Positions 25,081 through 36,141 of a stretch of 64,000 nucleotides of DNA are shown here, in pieces. The stretch is from the NCBI GenBank assembly GCA_009103225.1, contig RHPI01002119.1, positions 310,001 to 374,000 of the forward strand. The letters are read 5' to 3'. The notes under the pieces are model-generated. The model did no database searches and had not been told where the DNA came from. It worked only from the letters and a program-made list of their open reading frames with translations. The translations under genes were made by a program, and so were the position numbers. Origin of the DNA: Chlorokybus atmophyticus (Eukaryota > Plantae > Mesostigma and Chlorokybus algae). Within the stretch, counting starts at the first letter, position 1. Each line of letters begins with the position of its first letter.

Positions 25081-26207
25081 CGATCGATGGTCTGCCTCCT
25101 CTACAGCGGCCAGGGAATGGAACTGCCCACGCCCACACCGTGGAAGACTGCTCTGAATGCGACAACAGCTTCAACATGCATGAAATAAGCATACGCCGAA
25201 TATAACATGCAGTGATACATCGCGGTCCACTCTGCCGAATTACCTCCACAGCATCCACCACCTGTCCACTAACCGCATGTCCCGGTGTTGCCCATGTGAA
25301 GAAGCGCATGGGTTCCCCTCGCCACTTGAAGCATGAGCGCGAGAACGATTCGCACACGCACTGCACGCAATGGAAAACGGGTTCCTTGCACAGCACTTGG
25401 CCGAGGCGGCAGCCAAACACGTCGACATTGTGTGTGGTGTGATGCCAGCAAGCAGCACTAAAACCGTGGCACACTGTCTGCACTCACTAGCATTTGGTCA
25501 AGTGTGCTCGCATTTGCTGCCTACGACCATTGGCACATACGTACGCATTGCATTGTGGGCACACCAAGCATGGTCTCCTAGGTGAGGGGGATTCAACTGC
25601 TGCCGCCGACATCATGCAAAGTAGGAATCGGCACGGCTGCCCACAAACTGAGCGAGACTTTAGGGTATGGGCATCAATTTATGGTTGCCAGCTTATAAAC
25701 CCTAGAAGGGTCAAACTTCAAGTGAAGCACGATTGTACCATGGACGCTATTGCAAACCCATGCATGGTACTACATCAACATGAATGGTACTCCATCTGCT
25801 AATGGTACTACAGTACAAGGATACTCGCATACTACCACGATCGTAGAGTAATACTGTGCTGTCATTCCATGGAGCCCAGAGCGCTGTCCGAGTTTGTTGC
25901 TGTCAACCACGCTCTGTACAAGCGAGGTATGCAAGCCATGCACTGACTCATGCGCTGGGCAGTCATCATACACATGTACAGCCAATGCTTCTGACAATAG
26001 CAAATCTCGGGTGCACCATGCACCATGCTGCAACTATACATGTACCTACATGGTTCACAAGAAGCCAACACAGAACTACAATACATGCACAATTGTCATC
26101 AAGGCGGGGGCCAAATTACCGCCGACACGTTGGCGTCTTGCATCAGGCGTGGCGACCAAAACGGGTGAGGTTGGTTGCAGAAGGGACACGTTTGTAGATT
26201 CTTCGAT

Positions 26208-27083
26208 TTATTTGCCACGGTCTTTTGATGTGCTATGATGCAGACATGGCACATCGCTTTCTTGCAACAGGGCGACTCCCCATCCGCTGACGGGGGGTGG
26301 CTCTTCAATGCGACAAATCAGCACACATGGTGCGCGCGGGTGTGCAAGCTGCCTCTGCCACCAAACTCTGTTATCGCGTTGCAGGCGTAGCGACTCCCAT
26401 CTGAATGGCGCAGCATAACGCTCCACTACCTGCTCGATCACCTGTTGCCCATCTGCCGCCATACACCACTTGCTGGTTGTGGTGGTTTCGTTCAGCATGC
26501 GTTCATCCAGGCCCTCGACATGGCTGTCGTCACTGGTGTACTCCCCCGCATCGCCATTTTCTCCGAGCTTCCACACAATCAGCTCGACATGCCGTTTGAC
26601 ATACAGCCACTGCCAGCCAAAGCATGCCAAGTACAGCTCGAATGGTTTTACTTGCCACCCAGTATGTTTGCTCAGGTAGATCTGCTTGCACACATCTCGA
26701 CCCGCATCAGTCGACATCGACAGGTAGATCTGCTGCAGCAGGTCGAAGTTCCGCTCCGCGGATAGCTCTTGCACATTGCCGGGTTGCTGCGGCAGCAACA
26801 ACACCATGATATCGAGGACGGCGAGGGGCAACAACGTACTACGAATGGCCATATCGTGTATGGGTTCCAACCACGGCCAATCCCCAAAGGTCGGTTTAGA
26901 CCACACTTTCCGCGTTTGCTCCCACTCATTGCATACTTTCGTCACCCACCTCAAGGCATGCCGCATGCGGTGATGCAGCGCGTCTTGGGCGTATTGTAGG
27001 GCGATCAACTCCTTTGCACTACGAGTCAGCCCCTCAAAGCGTCTGCGCGTCGGTGCTTTGAGCTTGAGCAGCTCGTGCCGCAC
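26208..27083 (-). CDS. Hypothetical element-borne protein (291-aa ORF), family not recognised
   Basis: Long open frame with globular composition (WQVKPFELYLACFGWQWLY, APFRWESLRL), on the same strand as the OTU and MTase ORFs. Confidence 0.5.
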   Translation of the reverse strand: MRHELLKLKAPTRRRFEGLTRSAKELIALQYAQDALHHRMRHALRWVTKVCNEWEQTRKVWSKPTFGDWPWLEPIHDMAIRSTLLPLAVLDIMVLLLPQQPGNVQELSAERNFDLLQQIYLSMSTDAGRDVCKQIYLSKHTGWQVKPFELYLACFGWQWLYVKRHVELIVWKLGENGDAGEYTSDDSHVEGLDERMLNETTTTSKWCMAADGQQVIEQVVERYAAPFRWESLRLQRDNRVWWQRQLAHPRAPCVLICRIEEPPPVSGWGVALLQESDVPCLHHSTSKDRGK

Positions 27084-27535
27084 CAGCTGTCTCTGGACGA
27101 TGCTGAGCAGCCACTTGACGCTGTAAACCCGCCTGTGCCTACTCCGGACACACAGTCAGCCTCAGTGAGGCTTCAAGGCGCTGTGCTTCTTCTAATGTTG
27201 TAACGGTGCCTCACTTTTACTTTTTTGGTCATGTCAGCGTCCTTTGTTCCAACAACCTTCTTCTTCTTCTTTTTTTTCAACCTGCACATCCTGGCAGACG
27301 CTTTCCGTGGCACTGTCACTGAGAGGAGGTAAGGCGTTATCTTCTTGCTCCACAGCCTTGCGCTTGTTGGTTGCCTCCCGTTCCTCCACGACCTCATGAT
27401 GCTTCATGAGGTCGAGCATGAAGCCTTTGTCGCTCAGCGCAGCTTTCAGGACACCTCAATTAATCTCTTTACCAACAAGACAGGCTGGGATCAATGTGGC
27501 AAGCTTAGAGGGAGAGGGCGAGCTACCGCTGCTTC

Positions 27536-27537
<2 letters not shown>

Positions 27538-27567
<30 letters not shown>
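27538..27567. repeat. (GAT)n trinucleotide repeat
   Basis: Direct reading. Confidence 0.9.
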
Positions 27568-27569
<2 letters not shown>

Positions 27570-27979
27570 GATGCCTCCGGATGGTCAGAGTGCGGTGGCA
27601 AGTGAGTCTCCGCGGCAGAAAGGGAGGGTGCTGAATTGTTATTGCGAGCATGTGGCTGTGGTTGAGGGGAGGCAGGATGTGCCTCCCCTCAATGTGCGGA
27701 TGTGCATTGAGCTGTGCAATGTGCACAGCTCAATGCACATGTGCATTGATGTGCACATGCACATCAATGCACATGTGCGCACATCAGTGCACATCATGCG
27801 CACTCGGCTACTTCTTGCCTAGCACACGAAGGCGAGGCCTGAGGAGTTGGCGCAGCACCCTGGGTCACAACCGGTGGTAGTGGGGAATTGGCAACGCCAT
27901 TCCGCCACTCTCCGATTAGGTGTGTTACCTCCGATGGCACTTCATGCATAGGCCACGACCACTGTTCGGTGCTTGCAGG

Positions 27980-28835
27980 CTTGAGGAGCCAAAAGTGTGC
28001 TTTTAGCTCATCAGGAGCAGTTGCCCACCAACAGAACTGAGTTGGGGGCTTCTTTATTTCCAACCCAAACTGCGCTGCCGGGTCGTAGCACCCACTCCCC
28101 ATGCTCGCGCTGAACGGTCACGCAGCCAATCAACAAGCCCAGCTTGTTAGCAAACATGGTCATCTGCAGGTGCTCGACGTACATATCTTTTCTCCGCACG
28201 AGCTGTCGCACCTTGGCCATGGCTATGTCAATGTTGCAATTGACATCAGCCAACATAGTCACAGGCAGTTTGTCGTAATACTGCGCCACCTCTCCCGCGG
28301 CACCAGTGCCTCTGCAGAAGTCTAGGATTCTGCTCGCCACGCCTGCATCGACAGCCTTGGCGGTGATTTTGCGGAGAGTGCCCCCCCTGCCGTCGTCGTC
28401 CATGGTGTCCAGCATGGCCCAAAATCTGCTCGAGCTGGGGCACTTGTGATTATCCAGGACACTTTGCGCTATGGATGGCCTGGGGCAAAATACACAATGG
28501 TAAAAGCAATTACCATCCGTTGGCGCATTGAAATGGTCCCATGAGGCGAGCTGGCCACCTAGCATGACTAATGGCCGTATGCGGGTTGCGGCCAGCTCCT
28601 CTGATGACTCGCTGGCAGGTGGTGACCCCTGCTGCATGCGCATACAGCACTCTAATGGTGTGTCCAACTGCGGATGGCAAGAGTCACAGTGACTGATAAA
28701 GTACCTGAGTTTGGGGCAGACTGCCGGCGTCAACTTGCAGCGGGTGGGGTAAGGTAGGTGCAGAAGCCACATCGGTTGTTGCATTGTGCTGTGGTCTCGC
28801 CGGTTGCGCAGGAAGAATTGTTGCCCCGCATTCAC
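27980..28835 (-). CDS. OTU-like cysteine protease / deubiquitinase domain (frameshifted near the catalytic His)
   Basis: Cys box APTDGNCFYHCV; MYVEHLQMTMFANKLG (equivalent to W...E...A); His box KAHFWLLKP in an adjacent frame near 27985-28010. Confidence 0.7.
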
Positions 28836-29814
28836 CGGTGCTGCTTGTAGAGGAAATGGCAGTGCATGAAGGACTGGTGCCGAGGAAGGTGGTTGCGCTC
28901 AGGCTGCGAGGGGAGCAGGAGCGGCAGGTGAGACCACTTGTGCATGCAGCCAGGGGGGCTGTATACAAGACGCAGGATAAGATGGCTCACAATGTTGCAA
29001 AGGACGAATAATAACTTATGCAGTGCCTGAAGCATTGTTACCAAGGCACGAGCATAAAAGACAGCAACTTACCTCAATGGCCCGTGAGCTGCATGGAGCA
29101 GGGGAAGCCATGGGGGCTGACAAGGTGGTAGTGGGTGCACTCTCCCCGCCACCCTTGCAGACTCGTCACGGAGCTCGTGAGTTATGGGCACATCATGCGC
29201 CACTGCCCCAATGGACATGTCGGGATTCAACAGGCCAACATGCATGTTAAGCTGCTGCCGCATTGCCGCCGCGCCCATCAGCAAGTGGGATTGAAGGACC
29301 AGTTGATGGGATTGAATCTAGGCTTGCATAGGAGCTCCAACAGGACCTAGTGCACTGTGCTGCTGTCAACCAATCACATGTGGGTTAGTTGCATGCTTGC
29401 GACACTGCAATTGCAATAGTCAACTGCATCACACCGTCATCAGTTGGTTGCTTCAAACAGTCACCTGCGGCATTGCTGGTTGATGCACGAATGATTGCAT
29501 GGACTGCGTCATTGCTGGTTGATGCACTATTAGTTGAATGTCGGACAATTGGCCACGCTCTCCTGTGCTCAAACCCAGCCTACTTCGCTCGGCACGCGCG
29601 CGCGACTTCGCGCGCTCACGCACATCTTAGCATGCAAAGGTAGGCATGCATTGGAGGTGCATGCAGTCAACATGCACAGCGAGATTGGCAACAACATAGC
29701 GCCGCCCAGCTCTGTCTATCCGCTCTGGCTTCCGCAATGTCGGCTTGACTGTAGGGTGGGTATGGGTGGATAGTGGAGGCCTGCAGACACGCTACATGTA
29801 TCACATGGACTGCG

Positions 29815-30150
29815 CTAAAAAGTAAATTGCTCTTGCAAGGAAATGCATGTGACTGTTGAGCGTACCTTTGCATTCCTTTGTGCTTGTTCCCACAGCCGCA
29901 ATTGGTCCCGCATGGTTTTGACAAGAGGCTCCAAGGACTGCAGCTCCTGATCCACTCCTTGTTGCAATAAGCGAGCCACCAAGCAGCTCTCTGTGTGAAG
30001 ATGGTCCTTAATGGCTTGCCTGCTGGTTTGTCCAATGTTGGTGATGCATGTTGAACATCCCCATTGCTGACGCCTGCCATGATCTATGACGTGGCGCCCG
30101 GTAGTAGCTGGCTTCGCTGCTTGAACTCTTACGACCACAACTTCTCGCAA
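29815..30150 (-). CDS. Zinc-finger-like fragment upstream of the OTU ORF
   Basis: WGCSTCITNIGQTSRQAIKDHLHTESC (CxxC...HxxxxxC spacing). Confidence 0.4.
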   Translation of the reverse strand: MREVVVVRVQAAKPATTGRHVIDHGRRQQWGCSTCITNIGQTSRQAIKDHLHTESCLVARLLQQGVDQELQSLEPLVKTMRDQLRLWEQAQRNAKVRSTVTCISLQEQFTF

Positions 30151-31392
30151 GATGTGCCACGCCGCCGCCGCCTCCGACTCCAGGTCCTCCGCCCCCTAGT
30201 CGAACCCAGGCCCACTATGCCTGACATTCGACCCGTCATCAACCTGGTGCCCCTGCGTGCCATCATCCGGCCATCAATGAAGCGTGTTTGGGTGAGTGCA
30301 CGCTAACTCCCATTTGGGCTGATCGAGCAATGCCTCTGTCGTACCATGAATGGTACGACAGAGCCATTGTACGGCAATGGCTGGGGTTGGACGAGAGATG
30401 CCTCTGTTGTACCATAAATGTTACGACACAACCATTGTTACCAATGGTTGTACGAAGCATAAATGGCACGAATGCATAAGTCGTACCATCAACCACAGGA
30501 GCAAGGACGCACTACAAGTGCGACTCTAGTGCGGGACACTAGACGTTCAAAATCGCCTCATTTTCGTTTTCGCGCCTCGTACATTCGGGCGGGCCAACCG
30601 GCGGCGGCAGCGTTGAAGGCGGCAGCGCCACTATCAGCTAAATAGGCGGCACCCGACTATCAGTTAGAGAGATGCCTCGTGGTCCATCCGTAGGTGCACC
30701 TCGTCGTGGAGGTCGGCGGCAGCTGTCCACATTGCCCCCAGTGTTCAACCAGGCAACCGTCGCCAACCAATCGCAGCAAGACCCCGCGCTAACGCCCAGC
30801 ACATCACAACAACTCCACCTGACACCGCAGTCGCAAGGGCAAGCTAGATTGCATGCGTTCTTGATGCACTGTGCACGTTGCTTTTTGCTCAACTCCTAAT
30901 TTGGATGCTTGCTTCTTTCATGACTGGCACAATGTCTCACTGCATGCGTTCTGGATACACTGTGCACGTTGTTCTTCTTTCGCAACTGTGAGGGTTGCAT
31001 CTTTCATGGCTGGCAGCATGACTCATGTGGTTGTGCTTGCAGAGGGTCGATTGGAACCCCCAACCCAAACGCATTTGGCCGTGACGTGGCAACCTCGGCC
31101 GTCAGCAACCCTTCCCCAAGCAAGTGGAAGATAGGCAACGAGGTAAGCATTGTGTGACACTGTGACACTGTGTGTATGTGTGTAACTGTCACGCCCACAG
31201 GGCAGGCAAAAGTCATTCTCTGTCCCTTACTTATGTGGTAAGTAAGATGAGACCAAGTGGGGACCCACACTACGTAAGTGTGTGTAGTGCTTGTGGGTGT
31301 GCTCTCATGTAGGTCTGCTCTAGAGCCTGTGCGGCCTTGAGCATGATGAACTACACAAGGCATGATGGCAAGCACAGGGCTGATCATAGCCG

Positions 31393-31790
31393 ATGAGACA
31401 TCATATGATGTACAGAGACATATGCGTGCATATGTCCGCATGTGTATGCATGTGTTTGCATATGTGTGCACATGTACGCATATGTGTGCATATGCATGCA
31501 CGAGAGGTATGTACTAGATGTATGCATGTATATGCATGCATGTGCATATGTGTGCATATGCGCGCATATGTATGCATAAGGATGCATATGTATGCATGAG
31601 TATGATGTCCTAGGCTGATGTGACCAGCCAAGGACGTTCACAACGTCCAAGGATGATGTGTGTGATGTCCTAGGCTGATGTGACCAGTCTAGGGACGTTT
31701 ACAATGTCCGAGGCTGATGTGTGATCAGTCTTGGGCGTTGAAAGAGGTCCAAGGGCTGATGTGGCAGCCCTAGACATGAGTTGTGGTAAA
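31393..31790. repeat. ATGC/ATAT low-complexity tract followed by ~60-bp tandem repeats
   Basis: GATGTCCTAGGCTGATGTGACCAG recurs at ~31604 and ~31664, with a degenerate third copy. Confidence 0.7.
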
Positions 31791-32199
31791 CGCAGCCATG
31801 ACAAGGCATGTAGCCTTGGACTTGGATGTTCTAGGTTGGAGAGCAGCAAAGAGAGGGTATATGAACGGCCTCAACATGTGTTGAGGCAGCTCAGCATGTG
31901 CATACTCGACTCTTGTGTGTGGGGTGCCTAGTTTAGTTGTTCAAGGGGCTCTCCCTCTCATCCCATGTGGGGTGTGATGTCCGTGGCAGCTTTGCACATG
32001 TGTGTGAGGTGTGCTTGAGTGTGTGAGTGTGTGGGAGCTGAGTAGAGAGGTTGGTGTCATCCTCTCCTTCCTTGATGCGGTGCTGTGACTTCCTCTGCAA
32101 GGTACTGCACCAGTGACGCTGGTAGGGCCTCTGGTAGTAAGTCCTTGTGCTTGTGCATAAGTTTGCCAAGCCGCCCAGCAAGTAAGTGAGTGGTATCGT

Positions 32200-33458
32200 T
32201 GCAGTAACGGATTGTTCTTGTGTGGACAGCATTTGCGAGATGCCATCGTTGAAATCATAAACGGCCACTGGGTAGAGAGCCACGTTTATCCCAAGGAGGA
32301 CACTATTCGTAACGTCATGTGTCAGGTGCTGTGAATGCTTCATGACCGCACTGCACCGTGACACTGACCAACCTGCCCGTGACAGGTAGTTGGCTTCGAC
32401 TATGACGACGAGGCCGATGCGGCCAAGTTCTATGAAGTGTACTGGACTCCCAAAGAGTGCCCCTTCCACTGGAGTGTCGCCTTGAAGAAAGCTACGCAGG
32501 TCCGGTCTGAGAACGTCACCAAGATCAAGCATGTCCTTGAGAAGGAGTACAAGTGGACACTGTTTAACAGCAACAAGCGCAAGTGAGTTGGGTCCCTCAC
32601 CACCATGTTTGCTATGCAACACTGCCTTCTTACTCAGCCTCCATACACACGTACGCATCTCGCCTATTGTAACCGATTCGATCAGGCACATCGACGCCCT
32701 AATGGACCCCGAGACTCAAAAAGCCCAGATGCGCAACGCGCTGCAAAGTAAGTCACAAGCACTATTCTAGCCTGGTGCAGGCTCAACTTGAACTATCTAT
32801 ATCGTGACTAATGCCTTGTTGGTATGACTGTCGCAGACAAGTCATGGCGGAGATCTGAGGTGACCGACAATGCAGACCCGGAGCGGAGGAGATACATCCA
32901 TGTATGGGGCAATCCCATAACCTGTCAAATGATCATGCAATGCTGGTCTTACGCCGTCACTACACCTGGTCGCCGGCAGCTGACAGTCAACCACCTCGCA
33001 TACCTGTTGCTTACGGTGAGCACTCTGAACTCCATCATTAGCAATTTAAGAATGCTGTAGCCCCCAACTACAGGCTTGCAAACGCGTTGCAGTGAATGGT
33101 GGCTTTCGATGCCACTAAGACATGCCTGTAAACTACGCAGGTGGAGCGCATTCTAAAGGGCAAGGATGGAGACCCTCTCCTAGCTGCCAGCTTCGACACA
33201 CATGAAGAGTACCTCAGCGAAATCAACACCACGATCATGTTAATGAAGCGGGAGATGAGGCAACGGTACGCAGCCCTCCAGCCATTCACCCTTGTGAAAA
33301 GCCGCACTGCATCTTGTGTCGAATACCTGAAAGATCCCAATTGGCGCCGGCCGCAAGAGACAGCATCTCGTGACCCGCTCGCTGATGCAGAAGCGGCATT
33401 TGATTGGCTGGCACAACCGTTTGAGGAGGAAGAGCAAGCTCCGGCGTCTGCTCCATAG
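32200..33458 (+). CDS. Intron-containing hypothetical element-borne gene
   Basis: Exons LRDAIVEIINGHWVESHVYPKEDTIRNVMCQ | VVGFDYDDEADAAKFYEVYW...TLFNSNKR | ...NHLAYLLLT | VERILKGKDGDP...APASAP*, bounded by GTG/GTGAG...CAG introns. Confidence 0.55.
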
Positions 33459-33904
33459 GCCCCAGCGCGTGGTGCTTTGTTCCATGATGACGAGCAAAGC
33501 GATGATGGAGAGGAGCTGTAGCGGAGTTGGTAGTCCGTTTAGCTGGTAGTGTACATAGCTACAAGGCTCTTGTGACTGAGTGTTGTGCATCTTAGTCAAT
33601 CGTCATTATGCTCATGCATGTCAATACTCATCCCTATGATATACAACAGAACTGCATTCGAGTCACATTATCGAACTACAAGCCTAGGCGAGTGACTGAG
33701 AGACACTGTACACATTTCAGGTACATGTACACAGCAAAGGCACATAACAATGCTGGCAGTCAGTGACAGTCGCGTGTAGTCAAGCTATGCAAATACATAT
33801 GACGACAGTTAGGCATTAATCACCTTCAGTTGTTAAAGAATGCCTTATTTTATCGATAATTACCTAGTTGGTGCTTGTGAATTAGGCTTAGTCGCCTGCG
33901 CTGG

Positions 33905-34280
33905 ACTGGTGTGTAACCTCAGGTGCAGGTGCCTGTCACATAGGCCGAGTCACCTAAGTAAGACTGATGTGTAAGTTGCATGTGCGTGCTAATTAGGTGT
34001 AGTCACCTGTTAAGGCCTGATGTGTAACTTACAGGTGCCCGTTAAATAGTTGTAGTCACCTAGTAAGGCCTGATGTGTAACTAACAGGTGCCTGTTAATT
34101 ACATAAAGTCACCTGTTAAGGCCTAATGTGTAACTAACAGGTGCCTGTTAATTATATAACGTCACCTGTTAAGGCCTGATAGGTAACTGACAGGCGCCTG
34201 TTTATTAGGCATAGTCATTTGTTAAAGACTAAATTGTAACAAAAAGGGCCTGATAGTAACGGAAGTTACTATCAGGTCCC
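33905..34280. repeat. 53-bp tandem array with internal inverted motifs and a terminal hairpin
   Basis: GTCA(C/T) phase at 33949, 34002, 34055, 34108, 34161 and 34214. Units contain CACCTGTTA...TAACAGGTG. Hairpin CCTGATAGTAAC-GGAA-GTTACTATCAGG at 34249-34276. Confidence 0.9.
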
Positions 34281-34691
34281 TGTATTAAGATTACAGGTGG
34301 ACTGAGCCACGACAGTCTAAATCAGTGTCCTCAGGTGGCACGGCTGTTGCCAATATTTAGTCGGCCGGCAGGGAAAACATATTTCGACGAATGCACATAC
34401 ATCACAACACAAATACTTGTGTCATGCGAGTCGTTATGATGGTGTGCATATGTAAGTATAAATACACATATATACGTGTATGTATTCGTAAACACATACA
34501 TGTACATATATGTATTTTTGTAAACTACATGTAATGTACATGTTGGCATGTACGATACTATTATGGTATACTTATGTAAATACATATATACACACGCACA
34601 CACATATACACACACACATATATATATATATATATATNNNNATGTATGTGATTTATTTGTACAGGCTACGGGGTATACATACATATACACC

Positions 34692-34969
34692 CCGTAGCGC
34701 CCAGAACTTTACGTGGTTTTGGGATTTTTTTCTATTGTTTTTCAGTTCATCAAGTTAAATCCTAGGGGTATTTTTCATTTTGTTGTTTGCGCGCAACTTT
34801 GGCCATATTCTACCGCTATTTTAATGCATATAACAATTGAGACCGGCGCCGCGAGACCTCCGTAAAAGCATAGCTTGTCATTACGTATGTACACTAGACG
34901 CCCTAGTTGATTTCACGTAAGCGACCATTGTCGATATATTTTTAACACGTAAAGTTCTGGTCTCTACGG
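34692..34969. mobile_element. Putative MITE (~280 bp, AT-rich)
   Basis: Inverted termini CCGTAGCGCCCAGAACTTTACGTG / CACGTAAAGTTCTGGTCTCTACGG (22 of 24 match); TA follows the right end only. Confidence 0.55.
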
Positions 34970-35746
34970 TATATGTGTGTTGTTTCTTTCTATATATAGC
35001 TATGTATACACATATATACATAATGTAAAACATAAAATTTGACTGTATATTTACTGTATGTAGCACGCGCGCGCGCGCACACACACACACACACGCGCGC
35101 GCGCACACACACACACAGTAGTTTGGTATAGCAATGTATACTTTTGAACATTCGTTATATACATATGCATTTATTTGTACACTTGTATAGTTTACACATA
35201 TAACGACACCTTCTGGTATATGTATGTGATTTATCATGTTAAAATGTGTATTACAGAATTAGACCATTTTTACAAAGATAGCTACCGTACTATTTTCAGT
35301 ACACGTACATTTTAAATACTTGTAGTTGTATTGATGATGGTATTGAAAATCGGATTTTTTTAACCATCAAGCTCCAAACCGTGAAGTACTCATATATAGC
35401 CGTGCGATGTATGGCCACATGCAGAATTTGAAGGCATTACGAGAACAGTAGCATTGAGGTTTGTTGGTCTGTAGTGTGGCACCCTCATTTTCAACATTAT
35501 ACCAGAACTGCAGCACAGCACATAAAGGGTAATTATAAATTAACTCATGGTATAACAAGCTATATCATGGCTAGCAATTTTAAGGTGCATCATGCATGCT
35601 TGCAAACGCATGTCACATACACTCGCACGCACATAATTAAGTTTAAGAGGTTGTTTATGTGATAACACCATAGCACATTGCGTAGCCGTCATGGTAGGCT
35701 GCATATCCATAAGCATGTTTGGAAGATTCACGCGACACTTTCATGT

Positions 35747-36141
35747 TGTAACGGGAGCAATAATAATAGGGGTATTATTGCTACCTAAATAACACATTTT
35801 ATATGAATAAGTATTTAAATATGCTTATTTATACCTCTTTTATACGGTTCCTCGCTTATTAAAGGCTATGATGCTTTATCATAGCTTAAATAAGTCCCAA
35901 TGGGTGTAAAACCGCTTATTCAAGCATATTTAGTGTCACATTTGATATAATGTGATCACTATCTCGTTAGGTACCTTACGATAAGTATCTTTGGATAGGT
36001 ACCTTATCGATATGTACCTTATCTGAGCTGTGATTGGCTCACGCTAGATTTCCTAACTACCCTATCTGTAGGGTCGATGTCTAGTTGTGAGTTGATTATC
36101 GAGAGGTATATAGTTGATATACTCTTGATATAAAAGGTCAC
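35747..36141 (+). repeat. LTR of chromovirus A (left copy)
   Basis: TGTAACGGGAGC...AAAGGTCAC, nearly identical to 37073-37468. Confidence 0.92.

Larger units (their letters stand above)
18400..34300. mobile_element. Putative large Plavaka (CMC/EnSpm-related) DNA transposon with cargo genes; termini not defined
   Basis: Plavaka-type transposase plus flanking degenerate multi-exon ORFs with no recognisable host genes, and a 53-bp subterminal-like array at the right end. No TIR or TSD found by eye. Confidence 0.55.

Noticed and set aside
25862-26092. PHD-finger-like Cys-rich ORF
   Set aside because: The Cys/His spacing does not fit, and the TG/CA-rich composition inflates Cys in any frame.
27406-27822. 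Poly-Met / poly-His ORFs
   Set aside because: They are translations of the (GAT)n repeat and ATGC-rich sequence.
31933-32691. 252-aa minus-strand ORF as a gene
   Set aside because: Antisense shadow of plus-strand exons that have proper splice sites and more protein-like composition.
33905-34280. CRISPR array or Helitron 3' end
   Set aside because: The units are contiguous with no unique spacers, the context is eukaryotic, and no CTRR follows the hairpin.
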